64,000 nucleotides of DNA. Source: the human T2T-CHM13v2.0 reference genome, Homo sapiens. Below are positions 42,316-54,876 of the stretch, piece by piece. Positions within the stretch are counted from its first letter, which is position 1. Each line of letters begins with the position of its first letter. The stretch lies in NCBI RefSeq assembly GCF_009914755.1, contig NC_060928.1; one strand, given 5' to 3'. The position numbers and the translations under genes were made by a program. Under the pieces are notes generated by a model. It was given only the letters and a program-made list of their open reading frames with translations. It did not search any database and had not been told where the DNA came from.

Positions 42316-42609
42316 GAGAAAAGAATAGATTGGACTGGGCAGGCTGGAAGAGGGAAAACTGGGCTCCTATCTGGGCAATGAAGTGTTCAAAGGGCAGATA
42401 TGTTCTGAATGAGAGTGGCAACAGGAGAGATGGAAAGAGGAGGTGGAATAGGAAATATATTTTCCATAGATAGCTGCTGGCCCATATTCAGGTCTCACTT
42501 TAACATAGTTTCACTTCTTTACCAAGGATTTTTCTGTCATACGCTGCCCAGAATAAATCAGGGAACACCACCTTCTCCTTCATAACACTTATCACAGTGT
42601 GATTAATTA

Positions 42610-42687
42610 TTAGGTTTGGGCAAAAGTAATTGCAGCTTTTGATTACTTTCGATGACAAAAACTGCAATTACTTTTGCATCAACCTAA
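42610..42687. mobile_element. MADE1 (Hsmar1-derived MITE) inserted in an L2 3' end
   Basis: ttaggtttgggcaaaagtaattgcagc...actgcaattacttttgcatcaacctaa palindrome with TA on each side. Confidence 0.95.
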
Positions 42688-43377
42688 TACACTCCTTTAA
42701 GCCAAGTCCCATAGTCTCTTTTGCTTAGCATTATGTCTCTGGTATCTAATAGAGTAGCTGGCATCTAATTCTAACTCAGTAATTACTTGTCAAATGAGAG
42801 AATAAAATGGGTGCTATATAATCTGCTAAAAAAGAGAGAAAAAAATCCTAATTCCCAGAGAGATTATAGACAATGAAAAGATTAGAAAAAAAGCCCTTTG
42901 AATTTGTTATTCAAAGTTTGTTGAGACAGAAATTCTAGAAATAGAAGATTGATAAAGCCAGCTGGAATCAATGGAGCTTATGCTCATCCCCAAAGCCTAT
43001 ACCCACCTACTTCCTTTCTTCCCAGTGTAGTGAATGGGCCCAAACATCAATGGCTCCACTCGTGAAATCCTTTTGGATTCCGTGCCACTTGTGAAATGCT
43101 AGTCAAGTCTGCAAGATTTGAAGGTGGTATCTTGTTGAAAGCATGTAAGAACTCATTTCCCAATCTGTGCAATTCTCTTGGGCAATATCCCCAACCAGCA
43201 TTGTCCAGTTGTATCTGATACAGACACAGCCAGGTCAGGAAGGCTACAGAGGGGTCTGATTGCTTAAGACGTTGGGGAGGTGTGTTGGAGAAGAAATCCT
43301 CACAGCATAGCAATGACTATGCTAATGCTCATGCTTCAAAAGACATGAGCAACATTTTTTCTTCTTGCAACAGGTGT

Positions 43378-43561
43378 GCATCCTTGATTTCGGCTTTAGC
43401 TGACTGACTGTGGACTAGTGTCTTCTCCAAGTTCAGAGAGTCTGAATATACTCCAAGTTAGGAGTATATTTAGCATCCTTGATTTCGGCTTTAGCTGACT
43501 GACTGTAGATTAGTGTGTTCTCCAAGATCAGGGTGTCTTAAGGGTTAGGAGTACCTTTAGC
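43378..43561. repeat. Two-copy ~95-bp tandem duplication
   Basis: gcatccttgatttcggctttagctgactgactgt starts at both 43378 and 43473. Confidence 0.95.
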
Positions 43562-44138
43562 TACCAGCTTCTTATCTATGAGTTGGAAGAAATAATCAAG
43601 CCTACCATTGTTGAGGATTTATGGGGCTTCTGTATGTGCTATTTGCACTCATTAGACTGGTTAATCCAAATAACTTGTAGGAGTGATTTATTTTCCACTG
43701 AGTTAACCCATAGTTTGAATTAGGCAAAATGACATATTGTTTTCCTGTTATATAAACACAGGTAATTTGTAAATTAAGGATCAATGATCAGTGTGAAAAG
43801 ATAGATCACGTGGATTAAAATAAGTGTTTTAAAAACCTGCATGGAAAGAAAATGTGTAAAGAGAATTTATGTCATCTTCTCCTTAACAAGGAATCCCAAC
43901 CTATTACCAGCATCTTATAGAATGGAAAAAAAAAAAAAAAAAAAAAGACGTATGTGTGCAATGCTGTACACAGACCCCAAACCTAGAAACAGCCTGATGT
44001 TCTTCAACAGGAGAGTGGATAAATAGCACATAAAAGATAATTATACAGCACAGAAAAAAAAGACAGTGCCTGGCATTGATACTAAGGATTCATCTTAAGC
44101 TGTATCTTATTAAAGTCAAAAGTTAAACATGAGTGTAA

Positions 44139-44444
44139 TTTTTATTTTATTTTATTTTACTTTTGATACTGAGTTTCACTCTGTTTCCCAGGCTGGAGTG
44201 CAGTGGTGCAATCTCGGCTCCCTGAAACCTCCACCTCTGGGTTCAAGTGATTCTCCTGCCTCAGCCTCCCAAGTAGCTGGGATTACGGGCATGTGCCACC
44301 ACGCTGGGCTACTTTTTTGTATTTAGTAGAGACAGGGTTTCACCATGTTGTTCAGGCTAGTCTCGAACTCCTGGCCTCAGGTCATCCACCTGCTTTGGCC
44401 TCCCAAAGTGCTGGGATTACAGGTGTGAGCCACGGTGCCTAGCC
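44139..44444 (-). mobile_element. AluS, antisense, within an old L1M 3' region
   Basis: Alu body; TSD-like aaacatgagtgtaattttt / aaaaataagtataattttt. Confidence 0.95.
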
Positions 44445-44879
44445 AAAAATAAGTATAATTTTTAAATATCCATTTAGGAGCCTATTTGCATGTCTCTATA
44501 TATCATAAAGCCACATAAAAACAAGGGTGTCAGGATATTGATTGCCTTTAGGTTGGGTGGAGGCAGATAGGAAGGGACCAGAGGAACCATAAAATTGGAG
44601 GCTGATGACTGTCTCACTGTAGGTTTCTTTTTTCTTTTTGTAAGGAAACAAACCACTTTTAAAACGTGGGCAAAACATTTGAATAGACTTATCACCAAAG
44701 ACATGCAGATGGCATGCAGCCTCCAGTTTACAGGAAGTGAACAGGAGAACACCCCAGGTGATCCATTGATGCAAACAGGGAGATCTAGAATGTGGGTATA
44801 CTAAGGACAACTGATCTGGTTTTTCAATGTAAGAGTGTGTTTTATTTATTTTTTATTTTTCTACCAATAGGAAATTATT

Positions 44880-45302
44880 TTTTATGTATTTATTTATTTA
44901 TTTTTCAACTTTCGTTACAGGTTCAGCAGGTACACGTGCAAGTTTGTTGCAAAGGTATGTTTTGTGAGGCTGAGGTTTGAAATACAAATGGATCCATCTC
45001 CCTGGTAGTGAGCACAGTACCCAACAGTAGTTTTGTCCCCCTCCCTCCTCCCCTCTCTTATATTCCCTAGTGGCCATCGTTCCCCTCTTTGTGTCCATGT
45101 GTAGTCAATGTTTAGCTCCCACTTATAAGTGAGAACGTACTGTATTTGGTTTTCTGTTTCTGTGTTAGTTCACTTAGGATAATGGCATCCAGCTGCATCC
45201 ATGTTGCTGCAAAGGACATGATTTCACTCTTTTTTACGACTGTGTAGCATTCCATGGTGTATAAGTACCATATTTTCTGTATCCAATCCAGAGTTGATGG
45301 GC
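44880..45302 (-). mobile_element. L1PA (old, approx. PA13-17) 3' end
   Basis: ggtacacgtgcaagtttgtt...tttagctcccacttataagtgagaac...gctgcaaaggacatgatt. Confidence 0.9.
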
Positions 45303-45970
45303 TCCTCCCCTCAAGTTATACCTTTTCCGTTTTAAGAAGGATTTGCTTCCTGACATTCCCCTGGCACTGCCCTCCTGGGCATTCTCTGCCCACTGAGCTC
45401 TCTCAGGGTACTGGACTGAAGGGAGACCCACCGAGTCCACCACACGCAGCCCAGTGTCTGACAGTCAGTAGATGCTCAATAAGCACTTGTGGTACAAACA
45501 CGCAGGTGAGCAACAATTACTACATCTTTAACTCGCTTCACAGATAAAAATGTCTTGCCTTTGACTCCTTTTCCAGTTTCATATTTCTCTCAGCAGAGAA
45601 GAATTCGAATAATACCTCTCTTTTTCTGAGAACAAAATTCAGTTGCAGTGTTATGGATTAATTGAAGTCTTATGGAAGATTAGAATATTTTTAATGGAAG
45701 AAGTAGATAAAATGTGTTGAACTTACAACCAAATTTTGTGTGAAATATCTATACTGTTCTTATTTTTTACAAACAGGAATCGTCTTTCTTGTTTTAAATG
45801 TCTCCATCCATGTCAAATGTCAATGATAGTTTAAGTAATAGGGGTCTTTTTATTTAAAGCAGAATGTAGTACTTATACTATCTAACTCCAGAGGGTCAAA
45901 TGAAGTGGAAATAATGTATTCTTACTAATTATGTTAAACAAATGTGTATTTTTTTAAAAAACACTATCTT

Positions 45971-46373
45971 TGGATAAAGAAAATGTGGCACACATACACC
46001 ATGGAATACTATGCAGCCATAAAAAAGGATGAGTTCATGCCCTTTGCAGGGACATGAATGAAGATGGAAACCATCATTCTCAGCAAACTATCACAAGAAC
46101 AGAAAACCAAACACTGCATGTTCTTACTTATAAGTGGGAGTTGAACAATTATAACACATGGACACAGGGAGGGGAACATCATACACAGGGACCTGTCGGG
46201 AGGTGGGGGGTAAGGGGAGGGATCACATCAGGAGAAATACCTAATGTAGGTGATGGGTTGATGCGTGCAGCAACATGGCACGTGTACACCTATATAATAA
46301 AACTGCACGTTCTGCACATGTATCCCAGAACTTATAATACTAAAAAAAGACACTAAGCTTAAAAAAAAAAAAA
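45971..46373 (+). mobile_element. L1PA (approx. PA7-type) 5'-truncated 3' end
   Basis: tggataaagaaaatgtggcacacatacaccatggaatactatgcagcc...ctgcacatgtatcccagaactt plus A tail; TSD aaaa(a/c)cact(a/g)tctt. Confidence 0.92.
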
Positions 46374-46374
46374 C

Positions 46375-48430
46375 CACTGTCTTATAATGCTATCAAATTT
46401 CAATAGGAGCAATTAAATAACAGCAGTTAAACTAAAAAGAGATAAAATTGCTTTAGAAAAGAGAAAACACAGACAACTCTTCTGTTGCAATTATGGGTGC
46501 TCAGAGGTCAGCTGCTGTGAAGGTGGAGTCAAACCTTCATGTGACTCTGGAGTCAAATCTTCATGTGATCCCATCACAGCTTCAAGCTCTCCCTGAAGAT
46601 TCAGGGGCTTTCCTAATGTTGTCAGGACCTGTGAGCTGCATGCAGAACAGCAGGAGAAAAGGGTCACTGGAAAAGACTGGAATTAAAACTCTGTTTTAGC
46701 CAATATTTATCTGTTATGGTCATTTTCTTTTCTTGACTCATTGAGAGTTCTCTTGGTCAACAGAGCTGCCATTCAACTTTCTTAAGCCCTTTCCCATAGA
46801 AGAGAACCTGGTTTTGATAGGAAAGAATCATTCTTTCCAATTTTTGGCCCAGGCCTTTGGCCATCTTCCCATAGAGGTTGCACTTCTGAGATGTGTAGTT
46901 CATGCTAACATATGCTTTGGGAAGTTTGTTCTCTGTTTCTAAGCAGCACATTTTGTCCTTAGCTGATGTTCTCTGAAGCTTCATTATATGTTCTTGATGT
47001 ATTTTAGGCAGTATTTGAAGTTTCAGCTGAAGCTTCTGAATCCCACTTTCAAGCTGTGAGTTTTCAGACTGCAAAGACACTTGCTCAGTTTGGAGACCTT
47101 TTATTTGTCCTGTAAGTTATTCATTTGTTTGATTTTTTTCAGAAAAGTCTTTGAATATTTCTTATTTTTCTCCTTGAAGGCATTTAGTGGAAACATCTAC
47201 ATTAATAGATTCCATGAGTTTCTTCACCTTCTGACTGCTAGCCTAGGTGATCTCCATTTTCTGATTCACTCTTTGTCTCTAATTCCACGTTGCTATCATT
47301 CATTTAATCTTTAAAGAGATCAGGAAAATGTGTGATCTTCAGCACGGTTTCAGTCAGACATCTTAATTTTCTCTCTTTGTTATTTACAACCGTTTTCATT
47401 CCTGGGTTTGAGTTTTCAAACACTTTTTTCTGTTCTTTAAGCTTTGCTTCCATACTGCAGTTTCTTGGGCAAACAGTTTTAGACTTTCCCAAAGATGAGT
47501 ATTTTCTTTCAAAGTGTGCATTAATTTATTCTGAAGCAATCTGCCTCCTTCTGAGATACTTTTAAGACCTTTTTTTTTTTTTGCATCAGTCACTTGAGAT
47601 TGGAGGATTTTTTTTTTTCGTTTTTTTTTTGTTTTGTTTGTTTGTTTACTTTTAGAGACAGGGTCTCACTCTGTCACCCAGGCTGGACTGCAGTGGCGCG
47701 ATTTCAGCTCACTGTAACCTCTGTCTCCTGGATTCAAGTGATTCTCCTGCTCAGCCTCCCAAGTAGCTGGGATTTCAGGCATGGGCCACCACACCCAGCT
47801 CATTTTTGTATTTTTGTACACATGAGGTTTCGCTACGTTGCCCTAGCCTGGTCTGAAGCTCCTGGGCTCAAACAATCTACCCGCCTTGGCCTCCAAAAGT
47901 GCTGGGATTACAGGTGTGAGCCACCACATCCAGCCAAGATTAGTGGGATTTTGATGCCTTTTTGAGTGATCATCATTAACCTATGCAATGAAAATTCAAG
48001 CTCACTTTTCTGTCCTTTTCCAAGGAAGTCTCCTGTGTCCCTAAGTGAAGACCTGTTTGGACTTTTATTACGTGCTTTGAAACTCAGAGTTTATTGCTTT
48101 GGGGGACTGGCTTTCACCACAGGTGACTTGAGGGCTTGATAGGCTTCTGTAATTATTCCCATCTTTTCACTAACTTTGTGATATTCTTAGATCTGGGCAG
48201 AAAGTCTTTTGGCCAGCTTATCCCTCCTTGAAGTCTGTTGGCTGTTTACTATAAAAACAACGACAGCAGCACACACCAGGATCTTCCAGGGAAATCCAAA
48301 GAGACCTGAGACTTGTCTCAAGCTTTAAGACAACACCAGAAAAGCACCCCACAGCTGCTCTGAGACCAGTTGGGAGGATAGCTTTGTGACAGAAAGCAGG
48401 CTCTCCTTGGCTCCAAAGGGCACTGCAGCC
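46375..48430 (-). pseudogene. Intronless MIA2/cTAGE5-like (TANGO1-like family) retro-pseudogene, frameshifted and Alu-interrupted
   Basis: Minus strand ~48310-48250 reads GLFGFPWKILVCAAVVVFI (cTAGE5: LYGFPWELVICAAVVGF). ORF 46757-47080 (SLQSENSQLESGIQKLQLKLQILPKIHQEHIMKLQR..KGLGQKLERMILSYQNQV) resembles the cTAGE5 coiled coil ([41 protein letters not shown]). Spacing net of the Alu is cDNA-like. Confidence 0.85.
47608..47935 (-). mobile_element. Alu inserted into the cTAGE-like coding region
   Basis: Antisense Alu with T-rich tail; TSD-like gagattggaggatt / aagattagtgggatt. Confidence 0.95.
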
Positions 48431-48587
48431 CCGCCTCTGATTACCAGTATCCTGTAGGCCACAGCTGACTGCATGGAACCTTAGAGAGTATTGCCTTAAA
48501 TTCAAACAAGTGCCTGGCAAGCAGGACAGACCACCAGTTGGGCTGGGGAGAGGGGAAACCAACCAGGTTCTATAAAACGCACTTTGA

Positions 48588-48752
48588 GGCTGGGCTTGGT
48601 GGCTCAGCCTGTAATCCCAGCACTCTGGGAGGCCGAGGTGGGCACATCACGAGATCAGGAGATTGAGACCATCCTGGCTACAGTGAGCCGAGACTGTGCT
48701 ACTGCACTCCAGCCTGGGTGACAGAGGGAAACTACGTCTCAAAAAAAAAAAA
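48588..48752 (+). mobile_element. Internally deleted AluY-like element (165 bp)
   Basis: Left-arm ...gagaccatcctggcta joined to right-arm cagtgagccgag..., poly-A tail, TSD aaaa(c/a)gcactttga. Confidence 0.92.
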
Positions 48753-49994
48753 GCACTTTGATTTTCTCTGCACACATAGAAAGTGGTATTATTATCCAGT
48801 GCATTTGGGGAAATGGAAAGATCTGATTGCAGCCAGAGACCACCTTGGAGCTTGCACCACTCTAGGCCCCACCTGGCCATACAGAAGCCCCAGAAGATCA
48901 AAGCAGTGTTATGCTTTTCCCACTTCTCTGCACATGGGCATCGGGGGGCATGATAATGGGCCTGAAGTAGAAGAGGGCTCATGTGCTCATATCCCTGGGT
49001 GAGGTGAACTCTCTTGAATCAAAGTTTCTCTCTGCAACAGAAAGGCTTGATTCTGTCTTAAAAGTACAGAGATCTCCCTGACCCGACGGCTCCCACTCTC
49101 CCCTGTGTTTGCTCAGTGCAGGCAGGCAGACACAGAAGACTGAAGGGTCTCACTAGAGGTATTAATTAAAAGAACTAAAAGAGGTATTAATTATTGAAGA
49201 ACTCTGGGGAGATCAGTTGAAACTGCCAAGGTCTTCAAGTTTCATGGACTTTCTGTGGAGCGAGTTAGTCCTTGTTTGATCCAAGTGGATGGGGATGAGT
49301 CTCCTCTGGGGCTGACTTCATGATCCAGGCTCCTTCCCTCATGTGGCCCTGCCATTTTCCACACATGCCTCTCAAGGTCACCCTGGAGCCAGTCTCCAAT
49401 CCACAGAGTCATCTTCAGAAAGTGTGCTGCTGCGTAGAGAGCAGATCTTCTTTTGGCTAAATTTGCCACTTTTAATTTCTTCAAATCACATCTTATTCTC
49501 TTACTATCTTTCCAGTAGACTCAGGCTAAGAGCCTCCTTGTCCATCACCTGGGTCTCTGCTGTGAATGATTCCTCCCTAGTACAACTTCCAGGATTCTCT
49601 GTCTTGGTCTGTCCTAAGTCAGAAAAAAAAGGCCTCTGAGTGTCTGTAGGTAGAGTTCAGTTCTCAGACTGACAGCATCTGTAGTTGCAGGCCTGTGCTG
49701 GGAGATAGTCCTATTGCTGCTAACACAAAAGGTCGGTGGCTCAGGCAGCCCTGGAAGAGATATGGGGCTACTCAGGTGGAGAGAATTACACTGCACAGCA
49801 ATGCAGGGATGGTCTTCTTCTGGGGCATTCCAGCAGCCATACCTCAGGGCACCATGGCCCAAAGTCATGTTGCAGATGAGAAGTTGCTGAGCACCAACAA
49901 GGAAAAATGCCTGGACCAGTAGAGCTGTTGGGCAGAGCTTCCAGACCCAAATCCTACTAGTCATACCCTTATGGGCGACGATGTAGCTCACTGG

Positions 49995-50365
49995 GTGGAG
50001 TTAATGATGTGGGGGCTGGAAAGGGCAGAATGGCAGGCTGGAAATTCAGGTAAGAGTTGAAGTTGTGGTCTTGAGTCTGAAATCTGTACGACAGACCAGC
50101 AGGGTGAGAATTTACGCAGGATTTTTATGGTACATTCTTTTTTTTCTTTCTTTTTGTTGTTGTTGTTTTTTTTAAGAGACTTGGTCTTCCTTTGTCATCC
50201 AGGCTGGAATGCAGTGGTGTGGTCATAGCACACTGCTGCCTCGAATCCCTGGGCTCAAAAGATCCTCCTGCCTCAGCTTCCCAAAGTGATGGTATGACAG
50301 GCATGAGCTCCCACACCTGGCCTCTATGGTACATTGTTGAGACAGAATTCCTTCTTCCATCTTTC
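49995..50365 (-). mobile_element. MLT2-like LTR fragment interrupted by an Alu monomer
   Basis: ggcaggctggaaattcagg..gagttgaagttgtggtcttgagtctgaaatc...gagacagaattccttctt. Confidence 0.6.
50137..50322 (-). mobile_element. Free Alu monomer (FAM/FRAM/FLAM type)
   Basis: Single Alu arm with T-rich tail; TSD tatggtacatt on both sides. Confidence 0.9.
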
Positions 50366-52359
50366 TACTTTTTGATGTATAATTTTATTTCAACTACACT
50401 GGAGAAAAGGAGGACTTTCAAAAGTAGGAAAAATACAATCTCTAACAAAAAATAATAGTGTAAAATGGCAAAAAGGAATTCCCTCTTCTGGGATTGACAG
50501 AGATTTACAATTCAGAAGTAACCTGCAAAATGTAACTGAGAAAGCTCAAAGGAAGAGACAAATTCCCACACTTGATCTAACTCTGAAAGTACAGTTTAGG
50601 TAAGGGATGGCCTTACACGTTGACCCAGGGCAGGCACACAACATGTCTCCAGATTGCAAAGCTCAGCCTTGGGAAGGGAGAGAAAATGATGAAAATGTTC
50701 AAACCTTAGATTTCCTGCAGGCTTGACAAATGAAGCCTGACATCTCACCTGATTTTGGGAGTGTCTGCTCTTCTGCAGCAGGTCTTATTTTAACTATTTG
50801 ATCCTAAGAGTAGGGATTTCTCAGCACAATATAATTGTGACAAAGCACTTGCTCTGACGCAGAAGCTGTTGACCTGGTTGGTGCCAAGGCCAACTTTGAG
50901 CAGATTTCCTGCGAGCAGATGGGTCAAGGAAAGTTTTTCACTGATGAGTAATTTATTTAATATTGCCACATTGCCCTCCTCCTTTTCTGGGAGTGCCGTT
51001 AACAGAATGCTCCCTAGACTTGCCTGAATGACATTCACTGCCCCAGTGTGAGAATATTATTATTATTATTATTATTTTGTATAGGATAGGTTTGCTTGTT
51101 AAGGATGTTTTGTTATTTCAGCAGCCTTCAAACATGTAATAAATAAATTTCCCTTGGGTTGGCCCTTCCTCTCATTTCCTGAAGGAGGAGCTGATTGTTC
51201 TCACAGCTCCCCTGGGATATTTCAGGCCGTCTTCAAATGACTAAAGTGATGATGACGTCATTCCCTTGTGCACACCATTCACGTAGAGAACCCGGGGAAG
51301 GTCATTTATAGTATCAGCATCAAGGCTGGGATTGTCTGCCCTGGATTTCTCTGAAGCTAAAGAAACCACCACATGAAGTTTCCACAGAATATGGTAGAAG
51401 AGGCTTAAACTCATTGAGATGCTCCTTTAGAATATTTGCCTTGCATAGTAGCATCTAGAGAAGAATAAAAAGACTTGATTATTTCCGAAGAGAATGAGGA
51501 CAGTGTGATTTCCAACACAAAGTGCAGCTAGTTCTGCCTGACACTGGACAAAAACCATTAAGCAGATAAGCCTTGCAAACATAATGGACATTTCTGGAAG
51601 ATGATGACTTCTCTTCAGTGCTATGTAATTAGATTTGAGTGTATGAAGCAAAGGTGCTAAAGCTATATTGCTGCCCACTCAAAATGATTGAATGATTATG
51701 CAAAATTTATTCCTCAGAAGTGTGGGATGCTCAGAGCTCAATTGCTTGCAGTCCTGAAATAAGAAGCTATAATTTGACAGTCACTTAAACTGATGTTTTT
51801 TTCAATAATAATGAATTGTTCATTTTGTAAATGAACCCCAAATCCTCAGTCCTGGTAACTGACTAAACATTCCTGCACCCTAATTTCAGGGACATAATTA
51901 TGTAATTATGAAGTTATTAAGTAAAGCCAAAAAAATATAAATATAAATGATTCTGAGGGTTCAGGGGGTTTATCTAACATGACAACATTATTGGAATTAT
52001 TATTAACGTGAGTTTCTACAACATTTATTTCCATAAGTGTTCCAAATCATTGTGCTTTTTAAAGTTTTTCTCCAGGGAGAGAAACAACAAAAAAGGGGAG
52101 TGCGCTAGAAAAAAGGCTCTTCCTATTCTTTTCCTGTTCAAAATTTTAGCTGATTTGAATGCTACAGATTTATCATTTGGTGAATCCTATATGTTCTCCT
52201 TTTTCACTCCAAATCAAATATTTTATTCTTTTTCTATTATCTACAGTATTAAAGTATATTCTATTATATTTAGAAAATATAAATAAAATAAAAGAAGAAA
52301 AATATTCTGAAATTTGAAACCAATATTGTTAAACTTAATTTTATTATGAAAATAAACCG

Positions 52360-52759
<400 letters not shown>

Positions 52760-52779
52760 TCAGTACATAATTTATTCTC

Positions 52780-53025
52780 AATGCAGGCTTAGGAGTTAGA
52801 TCACCTGGGTCAGATTTTGTGATTCATCCATCACAGCTGTGTGACCTCTGGAAAATTACTTATTTTTTTCATGCTCCATCTTCTTCACCTGATATAATGA
52901 AGTGTGGATAATAGTACATCTACTTTCTAGGGTTATTATGAAGATTATCTGAATCAATTATTGAAAGTACTGAGAATAGTGCTTAGCTTATCCTAAGAAT
53001 TCAATAAATATTAGCTATATTGATA
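52780..53025 (+). mobile_element. MIR
   Basis: cagctgtgtgacctctggaaaattactt...agggttattatgaagatt...tcaataaatattagctat. Confidence 0.85.
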
Positions 53026-53299
53026 GCGATTACAATAGTAGTGTGCAAAACGATACTTAACTAAATATCTTAGTAGATACAGATAGCTGGGTGAGGTCTA
53101 ATTCTTGTCCTCAATGAGTTTATAGTGGAATAAGGCAAATAAGTGAATGACAATAATATAAAGATGAGAAGAAAATTCTGAAGTATTTGATATTATGTCG
53201 GGGTTAAAGAATCATTAATCCAACACACATTCTGAGGTACCCGGGGATTTTGGTACCTGTGACAAGTTTTGATAAATCTAATATGTGTTGAATTGCTTA

Positions 53300-54870
53300 G
53301 GACAAAATTTTGATTTGAGAGGGTTCAAGAAAGCAAGAGACTAGAGGTACTTGAGGCATCCAACTATAAACCATTTTATCAAGGAATTTTGCAACAATGG
53401 GAAGCAGAAAAATAAGGGTAATGGAGAAAAAATGTGGTGTTCAGATGTTTGTTCTACTTAAGATGGGAGATAGAATCATATAATTTAATGATGAGTGACT
53501 GATCCAGTTCAGAGAAAGAAATAGATCATGAAGAAGAGAGTAGAATTGCTGGAATGATGTCCTCTAGTAGGTAAGATTGGATGAAATCTAGAACATAAGT
53601 GAGAAGTTGGCCACAGGTAAGATCAGGAGGGCAACAGCTTAAAAGGAGGTAATTTTGGTATAACAGAAGCTGGTCAATGCACAGATATTGCGAAGAACAT
53701 TGTGGCAGTGCCCTTCTGATTGCTTCCAAGTTTTCAGTGAAAAAAAGTAGCTGAAAGTAAAGATTGGAGATGAAATATTAGGTGTTCTAAGAGGGAAGAA
53801 AAGGTATACAACAATTGTCTAGGAGACTGAGGGTGCATGTGGGAAGATGATGAGCAGGTACAGACTTGGGTTTTATCAGGGTTAAAGTGTTTGCCAAGAG
53901 TGCATATGAGCAACAAGGGAATAGTTATAATTAAGAAGTATAAAATTTAATTTAAATTAGATCAGAGAGATATGATGTCATTAGGAGGTAGCTGGTTAAT
54001 GGTTAGCAATTCTCAACAAGCTAAAGATAGTTGTAATCAGAGGGAATGATAAAGAAAGGTCTCATAGAGTGGAATGCGTGGAATTGATATTTTAGAGAGA
54101 TTGTGGATATTGAAACAGACAAGGCCCAGAATATGGCCATGGGAGTAAGAGAATGAGATAGGTGGAGTAGGAGATCCTTCATTCACTTATTAACTAAATA
54201 TTATAGACAAGAAGATCAAAGAACTGAGAAGACAGGATATTATGTAATCTATATGAGTTTTGGTGTTGTAATACAGGATTGCAAAGAGTAAGAGTCATCC
54301 AGGAAAGAACTCTTAATAAAGACTTTTATTAAGAGTTTAGTAGGTGACGGCCATATGGAGGGAAGTGCATGGAGTGTGCTGATGCGTAAGCTGAAGCTAA
54401 AGGACTTGAGGGGGGTAGAGGGGAGAATGGTCTCAAGAGTAAGGCTTCCTTGGTCTGGAGGTGCCAGGGATGTGGCCAAGAAACAGTCATCTCTGAAGTG
54501 AGCCGATTAGAAAAAGCCATGCTCTTAAGAGAAAGCCATATTTTGGTTGGAGTTAAGTTTAAAGATAACAGCAATTTTTCTGACTACTGACTTTAAATTC
54601 TGAAGGGTACAGTGGAAGAAGGGTTTTAGATGTTGTAGAAGAATGGAGAGAAGTTAGAAAAGGCAATGTAGGTTAGAATCTGAAGGATGACATGACTGGG
54701 GAGACCTTGAATTCTTGCGAAAAGCAAGATAAGATGATTTCTCAATATTTTATGGCAGAGAGTGATAGTGAGGCCTGGATTGCTGGATGGAAGGAGAGTG
54801 AAGCTCTTGTCAGGAGGACATGGAGATCCAGGAGGTCCTCTTCATTCAATAATGATGATGTGAAAGAGGG
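53300..54870 (-). mobile_element. L2 internal fragment
   Basis: Long purine-rich L2-like text (aggaattttgcaacaatgggaagcagaaa, gaatgatgtcctctagtagg). Boundaries approximate. Confidence 0.65.
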
Positions 54871-54876
54871 AATGAG

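Noticed and set aside
49790-49860. YGCWNAPEEDHP, resembling the kinase subdomain XI motif CW...P..RP
   Set aside because: No upstream kinase motifs (HRD, DFG, APE) in any nearby frame that I could find.
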